The notes under the pieces were generated by a model, which made no database searches, was not told the origin of the DNA, and saw nothing but the letters and a program-made list of their open reading frames with translations. Shown here piece after piece: positions 1 to 7,703 of a stretch of 64,000 nt of DNA. Origin of the DNA: Nitrosopumilus sp. (GTDB taxonomy: Archaea; Thermoproteota; Nitrososphaeria; Nitrososphaerales; Nitrosopumilaceae); NCBI GenBank assembly GCA_965205425.1, contig CBDBGZ010000009.1:352001-416000 (forward strand). Direction: 5' to 3'. The translations under genes were made by a program, and so were the position numbers. Numbering within the stretch: the first letter of the stretch is position 1; every line of letters begins with the position of its first letter.

Positions 1-1146
1 GTTGATTCAAGACATTCAGGTAGAGATTTGGTTCAAAATCATTTGTCATTCTTTGTGTTAAATCATGTTGCAATATTCGAGAAAAAATTATGGCCACAAG
101 AAATTGTAGTTAATGGTAGTGTCATGATGGACGGTGCTAAAATGTCAAAGAGTATGGGAAATATCATTCCATTACGTACTGCAATTAGAGATCATGGTGC
201 AGATCCAATTAGATTAGCTATCATATCATCAGCTGAACTGCTACAAGATGCCGATTTTAACATGGAATCAGTGTTTGGAATTCAAAACAAGCTTGCGACT
301 CTACTGGAGGAATGCTCTAGGCTCAAAAACAATACAATTTCAGAGTTGCAAGCAGAAGATAGATGGATTTTATCTAAATTACAAAACATGATTGGTACAG
401 TTACAGAATCCCTTGAAAAAATGAGACTAAGAGAAGGATTGCATGAGATTTTATTTTCATTTGAGACAGATTTAAGCTGGTACAACAAACGAGTGGAAGC
501 TAAAGAAAGAAATGATATTTCAGGAATAATGTACAAGATTAATTCTGCTCGAGTTGCAATGTTGTCTCCATTTGCACCACATATCGCTGAGGAAATGTGG
601 GAAAAATTAGGAAATACAGAACTTGTTTCAAAATCATCATGGCCTACATATTCTAAAGGGGAGATTGATGCCATTGCTATTCAATCAGAGGATTTACTAA
701 AATCAACTATAGATGATATTGTAAATATTCTAAAAGTTACAAAAATCACTCCTAAAAAAATTGTAATCTATGTCAATTCAGATGAATTAAAATCCAAAGT
801 GTATCGTAAAGTATTGAGTATCATGGTGGGCGGACAAAATAACATGGGAGTTGTAATGAAGGAACTCATTGCAGATCCTGAAACTACAGAAGCCAAAAAA
901 ATGCCAGACTATATTCAAAAAGTTATCAAGGATTTGCATTCAGAATCTGAAGAAATTAAAAATATGAAACTAGAATCTAATTCATTTAATGAAAAAGAAT
1001 TTCTCTCAAAAGAATTATCGTCCATGGGAAAGAAAGAGTTTGGAGTTGATATTACAGTTTATTCTGAAAGTGATTCAGACATTTACGATCCAAAAGGAAA
1101 GGCAAAGCATGCAAGACCGTTTAAACCAGCAATTTTGATCGAATAA
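1..1146 (+). CDS. leuS: Leucyl-tRNA synthetase, C-terminal part (5' end outside window)
   Basis: Frame open from base 1; KMSKS motif (AKMSKSMGN), GAD..R, PFAPHIAEEMW and archaeal LeuRS C-terminus (ARPFKPAILIE). Confidence 0.93.
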   Translation, partial: VDSRHSGRDLVQNHLSFFVLNHVAIFEKKLWPQEIVVNGSVMMDGAKMSKSMGNIIPLRTAIRDHGADPIRLAIISSAELLQDADFNMESVFGIQNKLATLLEECSRLKNNTISELQAEDRWILSKLQNMIGTVTESLEKMRLREGLHEILFSFETDLSWYNKRVEAKERNDISGIMYKINSARVAMLSPFAPHIAEEMWEKLGNTELVSKSSWPTYSKGEIDAIAIQSEDLLKSTIDDIVNILKVTKITPKKIVIYVNSDELKSKVYRKVLSIMVGGQNNMGVVMKELIADPETTEAKKMPDYIQKVIKDLHSESEEIKNMKLESNSFNEKEFLSKELSSMGKKEFGVDITVYSESDSDIYDPKGKAKHARPFKPAILIE

Positions 1147-1151
1147 GATTA

Positions 1152-1360
1152 TTATTCTTTCTTCAAAATATCTAGAATTTCAGAATTACTTTTAATCCAA
1201 GTTTTCAGATACGCATAGAACAGATTTTCCAAGTCATCAACTGTCCTTCTAGTCGAGGATCTGCGCGGATATCAGCGAGTTGTTCATCTAAATTGGCTAG
1301 AATTACTTCCAATCCTTCGTTAGATACCTCTAGCTTCTTTATTGCTTCATCCACACCCAT
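1152..1360 (-). pseudogene. Small helical hypothetical protein with a 1-bp frameshift (pseudogene or sequencing indel)
   Basis: ATG at 1360 reads MGVDEAIKKLEVSNEGLEVILANLDEQLADIRADPRLEG; after a shift near 1245 it continues VDDLENLFYAYLKTWIKSNSEILDILKKE* (TAA 1152-1154). The span is 209 bp, one short of a whole number of codons. Confidence 0.55.
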
Positions 1361-1405
1361 GAAAATATGATGTGATGAGGAACTATAAAGAATTATTCTT
1401 TTTTT

Positions 1406-1472
1406 GGAACTGGTAAGTTAGCGGGGCATAGCTACAAATCTTATTGCTGGTAAGTGTCGAGGCTTTTAGAAA
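1406..1472 (+). repeat. Left terminal inverted repeat (67 bp)
   Basis: GGAACTGGTAAGTTAGCGGGGCATAGCTACAAATCTTATTGCTGGTAAGTGTCGAGGCTTTTAGAAA is the exact reverse complement of 4397-4463; contains CTGGTAAGT twice. Confidence 0.97.
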
Positions 1473-1526
1473 CATTAGGCATTATCACCAAATTTACTTT
1501 ATTAGTGATAATTTCAATAAATATCT

Positions 1527-2078
1527 GTGGGTAAGAAAGAATTACAGGAAAGAGATACTTGGCAAGATAAAAGTGGCCCAAAAGGTGAAGTTGCAGAGGG
1601 TAAATTTGAGATTGTATTTTTACGTGAATTTACAGGTAAGGGTTATGAAATAAGAGCAAAGCCTAAAGAGTTAAGAAAAATATACTCTGAAAAACCACCT
1701 CATGGTGTAATTATTGATTATGCCATAACTAACACTAAAACTCATAAAACATTGTATGTTGAGATCAAAAGACAAGATGGTTATGTTCCTGGGGAAACAG
1801 AACCTAATGCAGGTCGAGGAAATGCACATGAAAGATCATGTAAGTTTTTCACACCAGGATTATTGAAAATCATGCGAAAGTTTGGGAAATTAGATGGTGA
1901 TGTATTGCCTTTTTGGGTTGTATATCAAGGTCGTATTGCACGTGATACAAAACGAACCAATGAGATTACATATTGGTTTGACAAACATAAATCACATTTT
2001 TTCTTATGGAAAAATCCATCAAACACACAATCATTGGTTAATCATTTTAATAAAAATTTGAAACAACTTTTAGATTAG
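1527..2078 (+). CDS. Type II restriction endonuclease, MunI-like (PD-(D/E)xK)
   Basis: D...EIK catalytic motif (IIDYAI...VEIKRQDG) and GRGNAHERSCKFFTPGLL / LPFWVV..G.I.RD.KR segments matching my recollection of R.MunI; convergent with a methyltransferase. Confidence 0.88.
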   Translation: MGKKELQERDTWQDKSGPKGEVAEGKFEIVFLREFTGKGYEIRAKPKELRKIYSEKPPHGVIIDYAITNTKTHKTLYVEIKRQDGYVPGETEPNAGRGNAHERSCKFFTPGLLKIMRKFGKLDGDVLPFWVVYQGRIARDTKRTNEITYWFDKHKSHFFLWKNPSNTQSLVNHFNKNLKQLLD

Positions 2079-2728
2079 GAATTATTCAATACAATATCTA
2101 ATCCCCATGAAGACCAACCTCTAACTTTTTTCCTTGCAAACAATTCGATACGTTTCTGATTTGGAAACATCTTTTCTATTCCGTCCATGACTTCAATTGG
2201 TTTTTCACTGTGTCCTTTTCTTGGAGATTTAATTAATTGTTTAACATTTCTTGCTCCTCTAGGTGTTGGTATTCTTCCATGTTTGAATAATAAACATAAT
2301 TCACAGTTTGAAAGAGTGTATTTGCCAGGATTATGATTCATTTTATCCCATACAAAAGCTACAGTTCTATACTCAAAACCCCATGCCCTGCCTAATTCAA
2401 TAGCTTGTGATAGGTGAGGGTTTGTAGTCCACATGAATAATAGACAATCGTCATTTGTTATCTTGTCTATTGGAATTTCCATCATTTCATTTGTCTTCAT
2501 AGTAGGATACTTGAAACTAGCTGTGCTAATATACAGTGATTTTGATGTATCATACTGTAATTTTTTATTGTAATCCCAGGGTGGGTCTGCATAAATAATA
2601 TCAAATTTCTTGTTGGGTAGTTTTGGATATAACATATCTTTCGGTAATGTGCTGTGTTTTGTTCTTCTCTTAACATCTTCATTGTAAATTGAATAACCGC
2701 TAGGCTTCATTACTTGTTTACTCATCAT
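2075..2728 (-). CDS. MT-A70 family DNA adenine methyltransferase (M.MunI-like)
   Basis: IIYADPPW catalytic motif, LLFMWTT, HSEKP and IELFAR...GW.SWG signature of the MT-A70 family; adjacent to the endonuclease. Confidence 0.9.
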   Translation of the reverse strand: MMSKQVMKPSGYSIYNEDVKRRTKHSTLPKDMLYPKLPNKKFDIIYADPPWDYNKKLQYDTSKSLYISTASFKYPTMKTNEMMEIPIDKITNDDCLLFMWTTNPHLSQAIELGRAWGFEYRTVAFVWDKMNHNPGKYTLSNCELCLLFKHGRIPTPRGARNVKQLIKSPRKGHSEKPIEVMDGIEKMFPNQKRIELFARKKVRGWSSWGLDIVLNNS

Positions 2729-2940
2729 TCATTACCTTTTTTTCTTGCATTTTTCTTAGAACTCATACTTTTTTGTTTCATCGGAGTAATTATAATTTTC
2801 ATTTCGTTATCGATCACTTCCAAGTTCCATTCCATTTGATCTTTCACTGATAAGCCAAACTGTCTAACGATACTGGCAGGAATTGTAACTCGTAATGAAT
2901 TTGATTTATTTGCCAAAACTAAATTTGTTGTCTCAACCAT
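2725..2940 (-). CDS. AbrB/MazE/SpoVT-family DNA-binding protein
   Basis: SLRVTIPASIVRQFGL..KDQMEW swapped-hairpin motif; stop overlaps methyltransferase start; divergent from transposase. Confidence 0.8.
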   Translation of the reverse strand: MVETTNLVLANKSNSLRVTIPASIVRQFGLSVKDQMEWNLEVIDNEMKIIITPMKQKSMSSKKNARKKGNE

Positions 2941-3013
2941 AACCTATTTCATAACCTGTCATAATAATAACCTATCTCTTGACCTAATGTATAAATAACC
3001 TAAATGATAACCT
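2939..3013. promoter_or_regulatory. Divergent promoter with phased ATAACCT repeats (putative operator)
   Basis: ATAACCT at 2939, 2951, 2967, 2995, 3007 and TTGACCT at 2979; spacings 12,16,12,16,12. Confidence 0.7.
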
Positions 3014-4143
3014 ATTCTATGAATCAAAGAGAAATTAGAGGAAAACAAATAGCAGAAAAACAAAATCAAATTATCAAAATAGATGAAACTCATTACAAAG
3101 TAAATTCTCAAAGTAGAAACAAACAACATGACGTTATCTCTTTAGAATCTGGTTGGAGTTGTAGTTGTGAGGATAGATTTTTCAGGAAAACTTGTTGTAA
3201 GCACATTCATGCAGTAGAAATTTCATTAAATATTCATCAAAAGGTAAAAGATGATGTTATAATTTCAGAAGTGGAAATTGATTGTTGTAAATACTGTAAA
3301 TCACAAAATATTGTAAAACGTGGCATACGAAAAAACAAGAGTGGCAATATCCAAGTGTTTAGTTGTAAGAACTGCACACGTAAGTTCTCAATTAACTTAG
3401 GCTTTGAGGGAATGAGAGCAACACCTGATCAAATCACAATGGCAATGAATCTATACTTTAACGGTGAATCATCAAGGAAGGTAAAACAATCCTTGGTTCT
3501 TACTGGTGTTAAAATATCTCATGTTACCATTCAAAACTGGATAAAGAAATACGTCTCACTAATGGAAAAATACCTTTACAAGATAACTCCACAAGTAGGT
3601 GAGCAATGGAGAACAGACGAATTATATCTAAAAATCAAGGGTGATAAAAAATACCTCTTTGCAATGCTAGATTCAGAGACTAGATTTTGGCTGTCTCAAA
3701 TGGTATCAGAACATAAGGGAAATGATGATGTATCTCCAATGTTTGCAGATGCCAAAAAGAAAGCAAAGAAAGTTCCAACTACACTAATTTCTGATGGAGC
3801 TGCAAACTTTCATCATGCTTGGAAAGAACAATACAAAGCCAAAAACTTTCTACATAAAAATACAGAACATCACAGGCACATACACCTATCAGGCGATATG
3901 AACAACAACCAGATGGAATCCTTTAACTCAAACACTCTAAGAGCAAGAGAGAAGGTCGTTAGAGGAATCAAAAAAGATGATTCCTCGATAATCAAGGGTA
4001 TGCAAATTCATCATAATTTCATAAGACCACATCAAGGGTTGAATGGAGATACACCAGCAGACAGATCAGGCATTATTATACAAGGAGATAATAAATGGAA
4101 AACCATAATTCAAAATGCTAGTAACGCCACGAGAGGGATTTGA
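3004..4143 (+). CDS. IS6-family DDE transposase with N-terminal SWIM and Zn-ribbon domains (likely start ATG 3019)
   Basis: SWIM CSC...CKH; CxxC...CxxC; HTH (ISHVTIQNWI); WRTDELY, ISDG, NNQMESFN catalytic triad; HNFIRPH C-terminus. Confidence 0.88.
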   Translation: MITYSMNQREIRGKQIAEKQNQIIKIDETHYKVNSQSRNKQHDVISLESGWSCSCEDRFFRKTCCKHIHAVEISLNIHQKVKDDVIISEVEIDCCKYCKSQNIVKRGIRKNKSGNIQVFSCKNCTRKFSINLGFEGMRATPDQITMAMNLYFNGESSRKVKQSLVLTGVKISHVTIQNWIKKYVSLMEKYLYKITPQVGEQWRTDELYLKIKGDKKYLFAMLDSETRFWLSQMVSEHKGNDDVSPMFADAKKKAKKVPTTLISDGAANFHHAWKEQYKAKNFLHKNTEHHRHIHLSGDMNNNQMESFNSNTLRAREKVVRGIKKDDSSIIKGMQIHHNFIRPHQGLNGDTPADRSGIIIQGDNKWKTIIQNASNATRGI

Positions 4144-4209
4144 ACCCACGTACCCGCAGGGCAGAAGTTTAGGAAACTCCCTGAATTGACCAGACTATCA
4201 GATCGTGAC
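4125..4209 (-). tRNA. Atypical type II (long variable arm) tRNA or tRNA-like gene, anticodon CCT
   Basis: Acceptor GTCACGA/TCGTGGC with G73; D-loop AGTCTGGTCAA; anticodon arm GGAGT-TTCCTAA-ACTTC; variable stem TGCCC-TGC-GGGTA; T arm GTGGG-TTCAAAT-CCCTC with one mismatch. Confidence 0.75.
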
Positions 4210-4396
4210 ATTAGTTAAAATTTTGAAAAGAATAAAAATCCACCTTATCGCCCTGCGGGAGTGATAAGGCTTCATCTTTAGTCTTAATTGTGATTGCAAA
4301 TCACAGGCAAAGACAGAAACCACAAGGCTTGTAATTATAATACTTTAAACATCTAAATAAATAATTTTGGATCTTAGCATCAGTAGGCATGATTAA

Positions 4397-4463
4397 TTTC
4401 TAAAAGCCTCGACACTTACCAGCAATAAGATTTGTAGCTATGCCCCGCTAACTTACCAGTTCC
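4397..4463 (-). repeat. Right terminal inverted repeat (67 bp)
   Basis: Exact reverse complement of 1406-1472, followed by CTTTTTTT. Confidence 0.97.
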
Positions 4464-4490
4464 CTTTTTTTAATGTTACAGTTTTTGAGG

Positions 4491-5093
4491 CTAGAAATGA
4501 TTCTCAAAGAATACTTCATCCAAAGATAACTGACCACCACGTTCAGCAGCATCTGCAGATCTCTTTCCAACTACAACCATCATTACAATCATGTGGTCTT
4601 TTGGCAGATTAATTATATCAGCTAGTTCATCATATTCAAAACCAACCATAGGACAAGAATCAAGACCCATCTGACTAGCTGTTAACATGATTGTTTGAGC
4701 TGCAAATCCACAAGAGCGCATTGCCTCATCTCGTCTATTCTCAGGGCTGTTTTCATATTTTCGGGCAAGAGAGTTTTTCACTAGTTCTTGTTTTTCAGGA
4801 GTATTATTTCTCCAGTATCGTAATGGTTCTTCTTTCCATGCATTAAGATTTCCACATAGTACTACAACTAGAGAGCCGTCTTTTGGTTGGGCTTGATCAC
4901 GGGCGGCTTTGGATATTTTATCTTTTACATCTTGATCAGTAACATAGACAAATCTCCAATTTTGTTGATTATAGCTAGTTGGAGATAGTATGGTTAACTC
5001 TTTTAGTAATTTAATATCTTCAGGTGGCATTTTGTATGATGAATCAAATTTCTTTATTGCACGTCTAGTTTTGATAGCATCAAAGGTATCCAT
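4491..5093 (-). CDS. Nitroreductase family protein
   Basis: RRAIKKF, SPTSYNQQNWRF, GLDSCPMVGF motifs. Confidence 0.9.
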   Translation of the reverse strand: MDTFDAIKTRRAIKKFDSSYKMPPEDIKLLKELTILSPTSYNQQNWRFVYVTDQDVKDKISKAARDQAQPKDGSLVVVLCGNLNAWKEEPLRYWRNNTPEKQELVKNSLARKYENSPENRRDEAMRSCGFAAQTIMLTASQMGLDSCPMVGFEYDELADIINLPKDHMIVMMVVVGKRSADAAERGGQLSLDEVFFENHF

Positions 5094-5127
5094 GAAATAA
5101 CAAAAAAATCCCCAAATTTAATTGAAT

Positions 5128-5271
5128 GAAAAGGTAACTGAGCTTAAGATCAGCACTAAGAGTGCTGATGACAGCTCACCACTTAAGATCAGTAACTGAA
5201 AAGTTATCTGATGACAGCAATTTATCTTAAGGTCTGAAACGATTGTACTCAGACGAAAGACTCACCTTTTC
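5128..5271. ncRNA. Candidate structured ncRNA with three repeated hairpins
   Basis: Closing stem GAAAAGGT/ACCTTTTC encloses three hairpins of form CT-TAAG-stem-loop-stem-GA(C/A)-AG; the third has compensatory base changes. Confidence 0.6.
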
Positions 5272-5397
5272 TGAATTAGTTATGTGATTTTCTTATTTAA
5301 CGGGTACTACTTTTTCCTACTAATGGAAATCAACACTAGCCACTAGTGTAGTTTCCAGATAGTGTATTTATTAGGCCAAAAGGGATCGCAGAATATC

Positions 5398-6411
5398 TTG
5401 AAGATTGCAGTAATGGGAATGGGAGTAGCAGGATCATATCTTATGGCCAGACTAAAAAACTCTGAGCACGAAGTTACTGGATATGAGAGAATGAAGGAAG
5501 AAAATCATGATTCTATTTGTGCATGGGGGACAATCAAACCAATTCTAACAGATTTTTGTAAAAAGACTGGAAGAGATTTTGATGATTTTCTAATTCACGA
5601 CGGTAAGGAAATGCATGTGAAAATGAATGACGATGTGAAATTTGATATCGGACTCAAAGGATTATGCACATATGACAAACTAGCACTAATCAAGGATTTC
5701 ATTAAAGATTCTAAAATTATTTACGGCAATCCACCATCAATAGAGGAATTAGAAAAAGAGTACGACATGATAGTTGATTGTACTGGATTTCACAGAGTTT
5801 ATCTCCCAAAATTAGAAGAAGATTTCTTTTTGCCAACATACGAGTACAAAGTAGAATATGAAGACAAGGTTCCATATGATGACTTTTACATTGAACCATT
5901 TCCTGGCATGTCAGGCTATTTCTGGTATTTCCCATTAGGTGAGAAATGGGCACATATCGGAGCGGGTGATTACAATAAACAACACATCAAGGCAACTGAT
6001 GATTTTCTAAAAAAACATGGAGGTAAAATCCTGAAAACTAAAGGTAGACCAATTAGATTAGCAACACCTGATAGATGCAAACCATACTATTCAGGAAAAG
6101 TAGTAGGTGTTGGAGAATCAATTGGAACAGTATACGCATTGTTAGGTGAAGGAATCATTCCATCAATGCAATGTGTAGAGATTTTCTTAGAAAACATGAA
6201 TGATTTCAAAGCATATGAGAAAGCAGTAGAGAAACACTACAAGGTTTATGCTAAAGTGTTTAATTTTGTTCGAGCAAAAATCCACAAAGATTTCAGCTTC
6301 TTCAAAGCATTGCCAGATTTCATTGCAATATTTCTTTACATGAAAAAACATGAAGACAGATTTGGAATGAATATCAAGATTGCAGATTTGATGAAAGTTG
6401 CAAAAGCTTAA
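5398..6411 (+). CDS. FAD-dependent oxidoreductase, geranylgeranyl reductase-like
   Basis: GMGVAG Rossmann motif, GYFWYFP, VGESIG...GEGI; TTG start inferred. Confidence 0.8.
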   Translation: MKIAVMGMGVAGSYLMARLKNSEHEVTGYERMKEENHDSICAWGTIKPILTDFCKKTGRDFDDFLIHDGKEMHVKMNDDVKFDIGLKGLCTYDKLALIKDFIKDSKIIYGNPPSIEELEKEYDMIVDCTGFHRVYLPKLEEDFFLPTYEYKVEYEDKVPYDDFYIEPFPGMSGYFWYFPLGEKWAHIGAGDYNKQHIKATDDFLKKHGGKILKTKGRPIRLATPDRCKPYYSGKVVGVGESIGTVYALLGEGIIPSMQCVEIFLENMNDFKAYEKAVEKHYKVYAKVFNFVRAKIHKDFSFFKALPDFIAIFLYMKKHEDRFGMNIKIADLMKVAKA

Positions 6412-7112
6412 CTAAAACTTACAGAACCAAAACCTTCACGATTAGTTCTATTTGATGCCATGTTATAATCATAAATGGTAGTAGAATATGCTTTGAGTTC
6501 ATCTTTCATTTGGTCCAAGTTATCTGCAAGGTAAAATCCAGGACAATCACCCGTAAACTGATAGGTTGCATGTACTCTAGCCTTGCCTTTTTCATTTTCA
6601 AGCCAACTTGCAAATGGATAGAGATAGCAGACACCAGGTCTGTCAGGATGCATACTACAGGCTCCCGTATCATCTAAAAATCTACAAGAGATATGGGTTC
6701 CATCATCTGCTTCAGTTTCATCAGTTTTTCTTTTTAGATTAATTGTAGTCATTGTAGTCATTTGTCCTGATGGTCCGGGTTCCTGATATGTAACAGTTAG
6801 AGTTTCATTTTTAATAAAATCTGAAGGTTTTTTGTATTTCAAACCCTTTCCTATTGTAATCAAATCATCAGATGTCAATGGCAATCTACCTTGTCTATCG
6901 CAACAGTTGTGACAGTCAGGCCAAAAGCATTTCCACAGAATATATTTTTTTTCAGAATTCAAATAAGGAACATGAAATACTACATCCTTTACTTTAATTG
7001 GATAATCAGAAACATCAGTAACTTTTCCTAGCATAAATTTTCTTAAAATTGGATCAACGTCCCAATCCTTTTCTAACAAATCAAGTGACTCTTCAATCTC
7101 TTTTTGAGACAA
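6408..7112 (-). CDS. YkgJ-family cysteine-cluster protein
   Basis: C...CHNCC and CRFL....CSMH..RP.VC.LYPF motifs. Confidence 0.8.
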   Translation of the reverse strand: MSQKEIEESLDLLEKDWDVDPILRKFMLGKVTDVSDYPIKVKDVVFHVPYLNSEKKYILWKCFWPDCHNCCDRQGRLPLTSDDLITIGKGLKYKKPSDFIKNETLTVTYQEPGPSGQMTTMTTINLKRKTDETEADDGTHISCRFLDDTGACSMHPDRPGVCYLYPFASWLENEKGKARVHATYQFTGDCPGFYLADNLDQMKDELKAYSTTIYDYNMASNRTNREGFGSVSFS

Positions 7113-7144
7113 TCAAGTTATAACATCATTTGCAGATGTTATTA

Positions 7145-7465
7145 ATGTTGAGTGAAAAAGGAAAGTATGCCTCAGCGACTGAAAATAGGAGATTGGTTTG
7201 GGCTGAAATTATTTGGCCTTTAATTTTAGAAATCAATGATGTTGCATTTTCATTAAAACAATTTCAAAACAAACGTGACATAATATGTAAAGAAAAAAAT
7301 CTTTCAATTAATGTTCCATCAAGAGGATTAGTGTCATTGATGCAAAAGGGAATCATTAGAAAAGAAGGAAACATTTACTCTATCCATTACAAATTAATTC
7401 CATACATGCGATTAAGAGCAACATGTGATTATGCAACTGTAATTCACGAAGTCAGACTAAAATAA
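7145..7465 (+). CDS. Hypothetical protein (possible winged helix)
   Basis: 107-codon ORF; SRGLVSLMQKGII...GNIYSI resembles a wHTH wing. Confidence 0.6.
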   Translation: MLSEKGKYASATENRRLVWAEIIWPLILEINDVAFSLKQFQNKRDIICKEKNLSINVPSRGLVSLMQKGIIRKEGNIYSIHYKLIPYMRLRATCDYATVIHEVRLK

Positions 7466-7703
7466 TTACAATCTATGTCTATATGAATACGCACAAAAAT
7501 AATGACATATTCCAAAACAGTGCCAATTTGCCATGTTGTTAGTGTAAAACATGGAAAGAATGTATGAATGTGTTATAGAAGTGAAATTTAATTATGGATC
7601 TAATTTAGATATCAAATCTCTAATAGCTTTTAAAATTTCTTCAAGTTCATCTATACCATTTACAGCTATAATCTTTTCCTTTAGTGGATTTGTATCTAAT
7701 AAT

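Larger units (their letters stand above)
1406..4463. mobile_element. IS6-family cargo transposon carrying a restriction-modification system, AbrB-like regulator and tRNA-like gene
   Basis: Perfect 67-bp inverted repeats at 1406-1472 and 4397-4463, starting GG; 8-bp direct repeat CTTTTTTT at 1398-1405 and 4464-4471; internal DDE transposase. Confidence 0.93.

Noticed and set aside
1444..1653. 69-aa ORF starting inside the left IR
   Set aside because: Overlaps the endonuclease in another frame and has no recognisable motif; likely spurious.
4125..4209. tRNA fragment as att site of an integrative element
   Set aside because: It is full-length, lies inside the IRs, has no second copy in the window, and no integrase is present.
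5143..5260. Mini CRISPR array
   Set aside because: Repeated parts are only 11 bp, intervening segments are 6-15 bp and mostly self-complementary, and no cas genes are in the window.
5128..5271. Hammerhead ribozyme, box C/D sRNA or fluoride riboswitch suggested by CTGATGA and GAAA
   Set aside because: No stem II closes between CTGATGA and either GAAA; CTGAT is paired in the hairpin stems and replaced by CAGAC in the third copy; the fluoride-riboswitch 5' motif is absent.
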